In this document: positions 9,477-16,778 of the stretch, one piece after another
Layout of the letters: each line of letters begins with the position of its first letter
Numbering within the stretch: the first letter of the stretch is position 1
NCBI GenBank assembly: GCA_964014485.1
Contig: CAXHAT010000112.1
Span: 1-26,022, forward strand
DNA from: an uncultured Deferribacteres bacterium
GTDB taxonomy: Bacteria > Zhuqueibacterota > Zhuqueibacteria > Zhuqueibacterales > Geothermadaptataceae
DNA length: 26,022 bases
Direction: 5' to 3'
The notes under the pieces: model-generated
Database searches by the model: none
What the model saw: only the letters and a program-made list of their open reading frames with translations
Told to the model about the DNA's origin: nothing
Program-made: the position numbers and the translations under genes

Positions 9477-9545
9477 ATTTACCCAAAAGGTAAATAACCC
9501 TTGATGCATACCTTTCGCAAATTTATATTTACCCGAAAGGTGAAT
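9477..9545 (+). promoter_or_regulatory. TA operon promoter flanked by two palindromic operators
   Basis: ATTTACC-caaaa-GGTAAAT (9477-9495) and ATTTACC-cgaaa-GGTGAAT (9527-9545) flank TTGATG (9501-9506)-17 nt-TATATT (9524-9529). Confidence 0.75.
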
Positions 9546-9572
9546 ATTTGCATCTCGCAATAAGGGGATTCA

Positions 9573-9875
9573 TTGGAAGTTCGGTTTAAGACGCGAAAGC
9601 TTCAGAAACAATATGAAAAGTCGCGCGAAGCAGAGAAAAGCTATGGAAAACAAGTTGCGCGCAAATATATCCAACGAATCAACATCATAAAACGAACTCG
9701 CGATATTAAAGAGTTGCGCGGATTGCCCGCATTACGTTGCCATGAGTTAAAAGGAAATCGTCTAGGGCAGTGGGCGATCAATTTAACAGGGCGTTATCGA
9801 TTAATATTCACGTTAACAGGGCAAAAGTTGGAAATTGTACGAATCGAGGAGGTGAGCAAACATTATGATGATTGA
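9573..9875 (+). CDS. higB: Type II toxin, HigB-like (RelE/ParE superfamily, plasmid maintenance killer type)
   Basis: 100 aa, very basic. RCHELKGNRLGQWAINLTGRYRLIF is typical of HigB. TTG start after AAGGGGA; toxin-first order; overlaps the next gene. Confidence 0.88.
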   Translation: MEVRFKTRKLQKQYEKSREAEKSYGKQVARKYIQRINIIKRTRDIKELRGLPALRCHELKGNRLGQWAINLTGRYRLIFTLTGQKLEIVRIEEVSKHYDD

Positions 9876-10953
9876 AGAAGATGTCCGCTCTGACCTGGCG
9901 ATCCCTCCCGGCGAGTATCTTGAAGAAGTACTTTTTGAATTGGGCATGACTAAGGACGAATTGGCTCGCCGCATGAGTCGTCCCGCCACAAAATTCAGCG
10001 CTGTTTACACCGGCGACAAGGCCATAACTTCAGAGACGGCCTTGCAGTTAGAAAAAGTTGTCGGCGTACCTGCACATATTTGGTCGGAGCTGGAATCTGA
10101 GTATCGCTTAACTCTTGCCCGCAATCAACAAGCTCGCGATGCTGAGAAACTTCGAGATGAGCGCGGTTTGGTCGCAAAGTTTTGTTATTCGGAACTCGTC
10201 AAACTCGGCTATGCCGCAAGGCAAAGCAAGGCGGTTGAAAAAGTTCGCGAGCTGCAGAGTTTCTTTGGAGTGACTTCTCTGAAAAATATACCGACTTTGA
10301 AACGTTATCAAGCTGCGTTTCGACAAGGGAAAGGTCGACGGTCACCGGAAGCGACCGCTGCTTGGCTGCGAATCGGCGAATTAGCCGGACAAAAAGCGAC
10401 GCTTCCGCCTTTCAACAAAAAAGGGCTTCAGAAGGCGCTTCTTGATATTCGAAAACTGACCCGCTTGTCGCCTGAGGAATTTGAGCCTCGGTTACACGAA
10501 ATCCTGTCAGGGGTCGGCGTCGAGTTCGTCTTGTGCCCCCATCTACCAAAAACTTACTTGCACGGCGCTGTTTTCTGGCTGGGGAAGAATAAAGCCGTGC
10601 TTATGCTGACTATCCGAGGAAGCTGGGCGGACGTCTTTTGGTTTAGCCTTTTCCATGAAATTGGTCACCTGTTGTTGCACAACAAGCAAACCGTTTTTCT
10701 GGAAGGAGATAGACAAGATCAAGAATTTGAAACCGCTGAACACGAAGCTGATCGGTTTGCCGCCGACACATTAATTTCTTCAGATGCGTACAAGTCTTTT
10801 GTAGACACCAAAGCGTTTTACCCTCAAGACATTAAAACATTTGCAAGCCGTTTGGAAATTGATCCGGGAATTGTCGTCGGTCGATTGCAGCATGACCGCT
10901 GCATCAAAAACGCTTGGCATAACGATCTACGTAAGAGGTACAAGTGGAAATAA
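9865..10953 (+). CDS. higA: HigA-family antitoxin with Xre HTH fused to an ImmA/IrrE metallopeptidase domain
   Basis: 362 aa. AIPPGEYLEE...GMTKDELARRM...ITSETALQLEKV is a HigA-type HTH. C-terminal FWFSLFHEIGHLLLH (HExxH) and EHEADRFA. Confidence 0.9.
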   Translation: MMIEEDVRSDLAIPPGEYLEEVLFELGMTKDELARRMSRPATKFSAVYTGDKAITSETALQLEKVVGVPAHIWSELESEYRLTLARNQQARDAEKLRDERGLVAKFCYSELVKLGYAARQSKAVEKVRELQSFFGVTSLKNIPTLKRYQAAFRQGKGRRSPEATAAWLRIGELAGQKATLPPFNKKGLQKALLDIRKLTRLSPEEFEPRLHEILSGVGVEFVLCPHLPKTYLHGAVFWLGKNKAVLMLTIRGSWADVFWFSLFHEIGHLLLHNKQTVFLEGDRQDQEFETAEHEADRFAADTLISSDAYKSFVDTKAFYPQDIKTFASRLEIDPGIVVGRLQHDRCIKNAWHNDLRKRYKWK

Positions 10954-11017
10954 AAAGCGCTTCGAAGCGAGGATTCAGCAACTCGCTCGATCTCGATCCG
11001 CTTGTTTTTTGATAATA

Positions 11018-12208
11018 TCATACCTGCCTTGAATCTCGAATCAAATTCAATTCTTCGGAAGATATTTTCTCATCGTATTCGACAGCGTCCGGCTTGACGC
11101 GGATGACGTTTTGCAGTTTTTGGGTGATCGCGTTTCGTCGTTCAGGCTCGATTTTCGTTTCGAGCGTTTGGATGATTATTTTGAGAAAATCCCGGTCGTC
11201 AACGCGCGAGACGCGGGCGGCGAAGCCGGTGCATTCCGGGAAGGACTTGAGCGCGTCGGTAATTTGGCGCGGGTGGACGAACATGCCGCGCACTTTTACC
11301 GCGTCGCCGGTGCGGCCAAGCCAGCCGGCAATTCTAGGGGCGTTCAATCCGCACGAACACGGCTCCAGCATTATTTTCGAAAGATCGCCTGTTCCGAATC
11401 GAATGAGCGGGTAGGTCTGGTCGAATAACGTGACCACAATTTCGCCCGTCTCTCCATCGTCAACCGCCAATCCTGAATTCACATCGACAATTTCCAGCAG
11501 CAAACCCGAAGCGATGTGCATCCCTTCCTTTTGCGCGCATTCAAAAGCAATCGCCCCCACGTCCGCCGTGCCGTAGCTTTGAAAAGCGTCGATTCCTTGT
11601 GCGACAAATGCTTCCTTCTGGTGCGGCAAAAACGCTTCGCCGCCGAGCAAGGCTTTTTTAATCGTTAGCGTCGCGCCGGTTTCTTCGGCTTTTTGCAGCA
11701 GGGTCATTAAAAAACTCGGCGTACCAACGTAGCCGGTCGCTTGCAAGTCCGCCGCGATTTGCACCTGCAACTCGCTGTTGCCGACGCCTGTCGGAACCAC
11801 GACGGCGCCGACGGCGCGCAGACCGTCGTCAAACATGAACCCGGCGGGGGAAAGGTGGTAGGAAAAGGTGTTGAGCACGACGTCGCCCTTGCCGAACCCG
11901 GCGGCTTTGAGCGCCTCCGCCCAGCGCCAATAATCTTCGCCGCGCCCTTGCGGGTCATAAATCGGCCCCGGCGACTGAAAAACGCGTTTCAATTCTTCCA
12001 CGCTTTGCGCCAGATTTCCCCCAAACGGCGGGGCTTGCTTTTGCAAATCGACGAGGCTTTCTTTGCGCAAAACAGGAATTTTGGCAAAGTCAGCCATCGT
12101 TCGAATTTGCTCCGGCTCGAGTCCGGCTTGTGCCATTCTTCCTCGAAAAGCGGGCGCTTTTTCGTGCGCGTGTTTGATGATTTCTTGCAGTTCAGTCGAA
12201 ATTTTCAT
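11018..12208 (-). CDS. Phenylacetate--CoA ligase family protein (PaaK-like AMP-binding enzyme)
   Basis: 396 aa. Motifs FSYHLSPAG, GTPSFL, GGEAF, YGTADVG, YPLIRFGTGD, GRTGDAVKVRGMFVHP. Confidence 0.9.
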   Translation of the reverse strand: MKISTELQEIIKHAHEKAPAFRGRMAQAGLEPEQIRTMADFAKIPVLRKESLVDLQKQAPPFGGNLAQSVEELKRVFQSPGPIYDPQGRGEDYWRWAEALKAAGFGKGDVVLNTFSYHLSPAGFMFDDGLRAVGAVVVPTGVGNSELQVQIAADLQATGYVGTPSFLMTLLQKAEETGATLTIKKALLGGEAFLPHQKEAFVAQGIDAFQSYGTADVGAIAFECAQKEGMHIASGLLLEIVDVNSGLAVDDGETGEIVVTLFDQTYPLIRFGTGDLSKIMLEPCSCGLNAPRIAGWLGRTGDAVKVRGMFVHPRQITDALKSFPECTGFAARVSRVDDRDFLKIIIQTLETKIEPERRNAITQKLQNVIRVKPDAVEYDEKISSEELNLIRDSRQV

Positions 12209-12235
12209 GGTTTTCTCGATTTTAGCAGAGGTTTG

Positions 12236-12293
12236 TTTTTGACGGAATTTACTTGATCAACGGGATTAGAAGCAAAGCAAGCTTTGCACTCCT
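12236..12293. repeat. Composite of a half 9-mer-periodic element and a GGAG-REP hairpin
   Basis: TTTTTGACGGAATTTACTTGATCAACGGGATT (12236-12267) directly followed by GCAAAGCAAGCTTTGCACTCC (12272-12292), the exact reverse complement of 2266-2286. Confidence 0.85.
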
Positions 12294-12301
12294 GTTCGTT
12301 G

Positions 12302-13651
12302 TTACAACCAACGCTTGACGAGTTTGCACAGCTGGCGCTGAGGCCGCAGTCTGCCCGGTACCTGAGCGAGACCGTCAGCGGGAAGGAGGATGTTTTCCGG
12401 GTCGTCTCGCAGCGTTGCGAAGAAGCGCCGAATCTCTTCGACAACGCATTCGTCGCTGGTTTCGAGCATCGCTTCGGCCAAGCGGTCGTGTGCGGCCCAC
12501 TCAAAATTATAGCTGCCCAGCCAGGCAATCTTGTCATCGATGAGTACAAATTTTGTGTGCTGCCCTTGCAAATGCTCGTGGATCACGATCTCGTTTTTGA
12601 GCATCGGGCGGTAGCGCGCCGCCGCCGCCAGCCATGCCAAATTGGTCGCTTCGAGCGCCTCGCGGTGCGAATGATGAATCTCGATTTGAACGCCGCGCCG
12701 CGCCGCTGCAACGACGGCGCGGAACAACGAAGGAACCGGCTTGTAGTAAAAACTGGTGAGCAAAACGCTCGTTTTTGCCTGCTCAATGGCATTGATGAGC
12801 TTAGTCGTGAGCGTATTTTCGTCGCGTTGCAAGAAGGGACTAAAAAGCGAAGAATCGCAGCAGGGGTTGAACGTATGATACTTGAACTGAATTTGTTTTT
12901 TCGTTTGTTCAGCTCTCGCGAGTCCTTGCAAAAGTTCGAGGTCATCGCGTTCCGGCGCCTCCAGAATTTGCATGAGATCGGCGAGCATGACCGCGCTCAA
13001 TTTTCCGCGTACAGCGACTGAAAATTCCATCCATTTTTCGAACGACATTTGCGAAATATTGCTGCTGCCAAAGATCGCTTCGCCTTTTTCCGAGACCTGG
13101 ATTTTGATGTGGTAGCCTGATCCCAGCCAGTTTTGCAACCGGCGTTGCGGGCGATAAATCAAGACTGTCGCCCCGGTGTTCCTGAGCTGCTGCAAGCGTC
13201 GGTGCAATTCTTCGTGCGCCGCCTTCGTCATGATCGCACGCGTGAGCCATTGTCCGAATGCATCGATGATGAGCGTCACCCGAACACGGCGCCGCACGGC
13301 TTGATCAAGCGCGTCCAGGAATTCCTTGCCATAGTCGTCAAACTCAAGGTAGTAGGTTGAAATGTAGAGAAAATGTTCAGCCTCGCGCGCCATTTTCATC
13401 CGCGCTTGCCACTCTGCCCTGCGGTCCAGAAGCATGGTAAAAGCGCTTGCGAAAGTTGAGATTGGGGCAGAAAATGAAATAGGCGATTTCGCATTCACTT
13501 GAGGCATGCGGCCGTTCAAAAGGCGGTCATCCAGCGCCTCGTTGTCAGGCTTAAGAACCAGCGAACCTTTATTCTCCAGGTCAGGAGAAGTTCTTTTAGA
13601 ATGACGCTTGACGGTCTTTTCGGGCAAATTGCTGTGCGTCACACCATCCAA
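12302..13651 (-). CDS. Phospholipase D superfamily protein (cardiolipin synthase/PssA-like, two HKD modules); start uncertain
   Basis: YHIKIQVSE...GSSNIS and QHTKFVLIDDKIAWLGSYN; also ISTYYLEFDDYG, RRRVRVTLIIDAFG. The start could be TTG 13651, GTG 13642 (GTGA overlap with the SDR stop) or ATG 13507. Confidence 0.85.
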   Translation of the reverse strand: MDGVTHSNLPEKTVKRHSKRTSPDLENKGSLVLKPDNEALDDRLLNGRMPQVNAKSPISFSAPISTFASAFTMLLDRRAEWQARMKMAREAEHFLYISTYYLEFDDYGKEFLDALDQAVRRRVRVTLIIDAFGQWLTRAIMTKAAHEELHRRLQQLRNTGATVLIYRPQRRLQNWLGSGYHIKIQVSEKGEAIFGSSNISQMSFEKWMEFSVAVRGKLSAVMLADLMQILEAPERDDLELLQGLARAEQTKKQIQFKYHTFNPCCDSSLFSPFLQRDENTLTTKLINAIEQAKTSVLLTSFYYKPVPSLFRAVVAAARRGVQIEIHHSHREALEATNLAWLAAAARYRPMLKNEIVIHEHLQGQHTKFVLIDDKIAWLGSYNFEWAAHDRLAEAMLETSDECVVEEIRRFFATLRDDPENILLPADGLAQVPGRLRPQRQLCKLVKRWL

Positions 13652-14361
13652 CCGCCGGTGACTTTGATGTTGGCGCCGGTGATGTAGGACGATTCTTTTT
13701 TCAACAAAAAGAGCACGGCGTTGTTTATGTCGTCGTACTGAGCGTAGCGGCCAGCGGGGATGTTTTCAAGACCGGGCTTCCAGGTGGAGTTGTCAAGAAT
13801 GCCCGGAGAAACGGCGTTGACAGTGATGTTGTGTTTGGCGTAGGTGACGGCAAGGCTTTTGGTGAGGACAAGCACGCCGGTTTTACCGACCATGTAGGGC
13901 GTGATTTCAGGCCAGGGGGAGATCATGTCCGCCGCCGAATCCGCCATATTGATGATACGTCCGAATGATTGTTTTACCATGTACGGCAGTGCGACGTGGC
14001 AAGTATGAAAAGTTGAGGTCACGGTCGTGCTGAGTAAGAAATCCCACTCTTCCGGCGTGGTTTGGTCGATGTTTTTGACCAGATAATTGCCGACGTTGTT
14101 TACAAGAATATCGATGCGTCCGTTTGAGGCGATAATCCGTTGAAAAATGTTTTTAACCTCGGAAATCTTTGCCAAATCCCCGCCAATCGCCTGCGCCGTT
14201 CCGCCCTGGTCAGCAATATTTTGCACGACTTCCGCCGCTTCATTTTCGCTGTTTCTGAAATGGACGATGACATGCGCGCCTTCCCGCCCTAACGCAAGCG
14301 CTATGGCCTTTCCCGTTCTCTTTGCACTTCCAGTGACTAACGCAACTTTTCCTTTAAGCAT
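13639..14361 (-). CDS. Short-chain dehydrogenase/reductase (pteridine reductase/FolM-like cofactor motif)
   Basis: 240 aa. Motifs ALVTGSAKRTG, DILVNNVG, catalytic YMVGK, NAVSPG, YITGANIKVTGG. Confidence 0.92.
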   Translation of the reverse strand: MLKGKVALVTGSAKRTGKAIALALGREGAHVIVHFRNSENEAAEVVQNIADQGGTAQAIGGDLAKISEVKNIFQRIIASNGRIDILVNNVGNYLVKNIDQTTPEEWDFLLSTTVTSTFHTCHVALPYMVKQSFGRIINMADSAADMISPWPEITPYMVGKTGVLVLTKSLAVTYAKHNITVNAVSPGILDNSTWKPGLENIPAGRYAQYDDINNAVLFLLKKESSYITGANIKVTGGWMV

Positions 14362-14409
14362 CTATGTCAAAAAAATTGTGCTTCCAGACTGTGTTTTATA
14401 TGTTCATGA

Positions 14410-14613
14410 CTCTCTACCTGACACTTTTTGTAAACAGCATTTTCGAACCGTTGAAAGGTCCCGATTTTGTCATTCTGACGGAATCTTTGTTATCGCCCAG
14501 TGCAGATCATGCTCAAAAGTTCAAGGGTCGATCCAAAAGATGCTTCCAGCATGACAATTCAGGCTTCTTACGCCAGTTTTAGAAGCCTAGACAAAAAGTG
14601 TCAGGTAGTGAAT
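14410..14613. mobile_element. MITE-like element, family A copy 1
   Basis: Terminal inverted repeats CTACCTGACACTTTTTG (14414-14430) / CAAAAAGTGTCAGGTAG (14592-14608). Aligns end to end with the reverse complement of 18707-18933. Non-coding. Confidence 0.85.
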
Positions 14614-14678
14614 GTTCGTGAAACTATTTGACACAGTCTAAACATGCAAGTCGAACGGCTTGAACTATGGAGGAAGCA

Positions 14679-15143
14679 ATGGCGAAGGAAATCGAGCGAA
14701 AATTTCTGGTAAATGAACAAAATTGGGGCGAGTTGGGGGACGGCTCGGCTTACAAGCAGGGCTATATCCCAACTTCCGGCAAAGCCGCTGTTCGGGCGCG
14801 CGTTGCAAAAGGAAAAGGTTTTCTGACTATTAAGGGCCCAAGCGACGGCGCGACGCGGGCGGAGTTTGAATATGAAATTCCTGTTCAAGACGCTTCAGAA
14901 ATCATCGATTCCCTCTGCCTGCAGCCGGCGATTGAAAAAACGCGCTATAAAATCAAGTATGCCGAAATGATTTGGGAAGTCGACGTTTTCGACGGCGAAA
15001 ACGCGGGCTTGACTCTCGCCGAAGTCGAATTAGAGCACGAAAATCAAGAGGTCGAATTGCCCGACTGGATTCGCGAAGAAGTCACCGACGATGAGCGTTA
15101 TTCAAACGCCTACCTGGCGCAAAAGCCATTTAAGAAGTGGTGA
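14679..15143 (+). CDS. CYTH domain protein (triphosphate tunnel metalloenzyme / class IV adenylate cyclase-like)
   Basis: EIERKFLV (ExExK), QGY, LTIKG, EFEYEIP, IEKTRY, WEVDVF, AEVEL, EEVTDDERYSN. Start set at ATG 14679 because GGAGG lies at 14669-14673. Confidence 0.95.
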   Translation: MAKEIERKFLVNEQNWGELGDGSAYKQGYIPTSGKAAVRARVAKGKGFLTIKGPSDGATRAEFEYEIPVQDASEIIDSLCLQPAIEKTRYKIKYAEMIWEVDVFDGENAGLTLAEVELEHENQEVELPDWIREEVTDDERYSNAYLAQKPFKKW

Positions 15144-15154
15144 GAACGCGGTTT

Positions 15155-15257
15155 GGATTGTTGGATTGTTGGATTGTTGGATTGTTGGATTGTTGGATTG
15201 TTGGATTGTTGATAAACCCGACTTCACAAATCCAATAATCCAACATTCCAGCAGCCA
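15155..15257. repeat. Tandem (GGATTGTT)7 plus a degenerate inverted arm between convergent genes
   Basis: Seven perfect 8-mers at 15155-15210, then ACAAATCC AATAATCC AACATTCC (15226-15249), which approximate the reverse complement AACAATCC. Confidence 0.92.
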
Positions 15258-15266
15258 ATCGGCAAA

Positions 15267-16778
15267 TCAATTCTCTGCGACATTGACATCAAAAGCGCCA
15301 GTTAAAACGTTTCCGGCACGTTTGACTTGAACCCAAACTCGATACTGACCCGCAACGGAAAACTCGTATGGAAACGCAACGTGCGAAGCGGTCGGCGCGT
15401 GCATGCTGTGATCCATCATCGACATGTCGTGCTGCATTTCGCCGCCTTCTGTTTGTGATGACTCGAATTTTTGCTGCGCGGCCATGGAAATGCTTCCCGT
15501 CGGATGGAGATGCACAAAAACGGAACCGTCGGTGCGAGAAATTGCGGCGTGACCCAGCATTCCCATGTAGGGCTCAAGTTTGGCGGGCCGTCCGTCAGGA
15601 TCGATCACTTCAAAGCGCAAGTTCGCCTCCTTCCCGACCTTTAAAACATCTTCTCGCCATTGCATGACGGAACTGTCGCTCAGTTGAAAAGAAAGCGCAA
15701 GGTCTTCACTCGCAGGCAGTACCGCTTCTGCGGCGGACGTTGCGTTCAAATGCCAGGAATCATCAACATCGGCGCTTAGACCGGAATCTGCGGGCGCGGC
15801 GTCCGGGAGTAAATCCGGGACGTCGACCGTATCGGTCAAGGTTTGGGCAAATCCGCTTTCATGAGTAATGTCGGCATAGACGCGATAGCTTCCGGCGGGC
15901 AACGGCGGCACAAGCACTTCGAACGAAACGGAATCGAGACGGACGGGATGGATGTGAGCAAAAGCGTCCAACTGCGGTTCGCGAATAATGAACATGTGCA
16001 TGAGCTTGCCGTGATCGGGGATGAGTGGCGTCCAGCGCCCGGCTTTCCAATCTTCGTCTTCAATCGTCAACTTCAAGATGCGCTTGTCGCCGTCCGTTCG
16101 AACGTCGGTTGAGATTTCGAACGGTTTGTAAATGTCGTCGCGATAGTCGTTGTCGATGCTGTCCCACCACGCTTTGCCGCCGAATAAAATCAGGCTGAAC
16201 ACCGCCGTCGCACCGACCATGCTGAAGCGAGAAACCCAGATGCGGCGTTTACTTGGTTTTTCACTCGGACCAAGCATACTTTCACGCACCGCCGCACCTA
16301 CGATAGTCACGCCGCCTGCAAACAAAAGGACGCCGAGGACGATTAGAATCGTACTCATCAAACCGTCCATTTCCGTCGTAGTCGTCGCCAGAGAAACGAC
16401 CGGGACGATGACCGTTCCTTCGCCGTCCGGGCCTTTGACGAAGACATGAACGCTGTAGGAACCGGATGTCATCAGCCACAACTCGGCTGTGTAAAGACCT
16501 GTCTCGCCGCGCACCGGCACGGCGGGATCCGGGGATGGCGAGCCTTCCAAACCAACGTCCCAGCGCACGGGGCGCACAGTGACTTGCTCGATATTCTCGC
16601 CTTTGACGCGAACGGTAATTTCAGCCAAGCCTGGCACTACGCCGGGCGGACGGATAATCACGCGCGTATCATATGGACCGGCCTTGCCTTCGAAAAACAC
16701 GTTGAGATCGCCAACATGACCGTAAAACGGAAAGACGACCAGCAGGAGCAGGCTAATTTTGAAAAACTTCATCGTCAT
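15267..16778 (-). CDS. Exported, two-TM-anchored His/Met-rich putative copper-binding protein (503 aa)
   Basis: Start reassigned to ATG 16778, which overlaps the upstream stop (ATGA). Signal peptide MTMKFFKISLLLLVVFPFYG then HVG; TM segments at ~143-164 and ~180-204. Duplicated motifs DHGKLMHMF..AHIHP..GSYRVY and YMGMLGHAA..VHLHP..GQYRVW, and a MQHDMSMMDHSMH tract. Confidence 0.85.
   Translation of the reverse strand: MTMKFFKISLLLLVVFPFYGHVGDLNVFFEGKAGPYDTRVIIRPPGVVPGLAEITVRVKGENIEQVTVRPVRWDVGLEGSPSPDPAVPVRGETGLYTAELWLMTSGSYSVHVFVKGPDGEGTVIVPVVSLATTTTEMDGLMSTILIVLGVLLFAGGVTIVGAAVRESMLGPSEKPSKRRIWVSRFSMVGATAVFSLILFGGKAWWDSIDNDYRDDIYKPFEISTDVRTDGDKRILKLTIEDEDWKAGRWTPLIPDHGKLMHMFIIREPQLDAFAHIHPVRLDSVSFEVLVPPLPAGSYRVYADITHESGFAQTLTDTVDVPDLLPDAAPADSGLSADVDDSWHLNATSAAEAVLPASEDLALSFQLSDSSVMQWREDVLKVGKEANLRFEVIDPDGRPAKLEPYMGMLGHAAISRTDGSVFVHLHPTGSISMAAQQKFESSQTEGGEMQHDMSMMDHSMHAPTASHVAFPYEFSVAGQYRVWVQVKRAGNVLTGAFDVNVAEN

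Noticed and set aside
9312..9497. 61-aa ORF upstream of higB
   Set aside because: No recognisable motif or clear RBS, and its 3' end runs into the operator. It could be a gene remnant, but I cannot support it as a CDS.
15155..15210. Possible CRISPR array or coding repeat (ORF 15091-15330, WIVGLLDC repeats)
   Set aside because: The 8-nt units are contiguous with no spacers and there are no cas genes. The ORF is only a translation of the microsatellite and overlaps two real genes.
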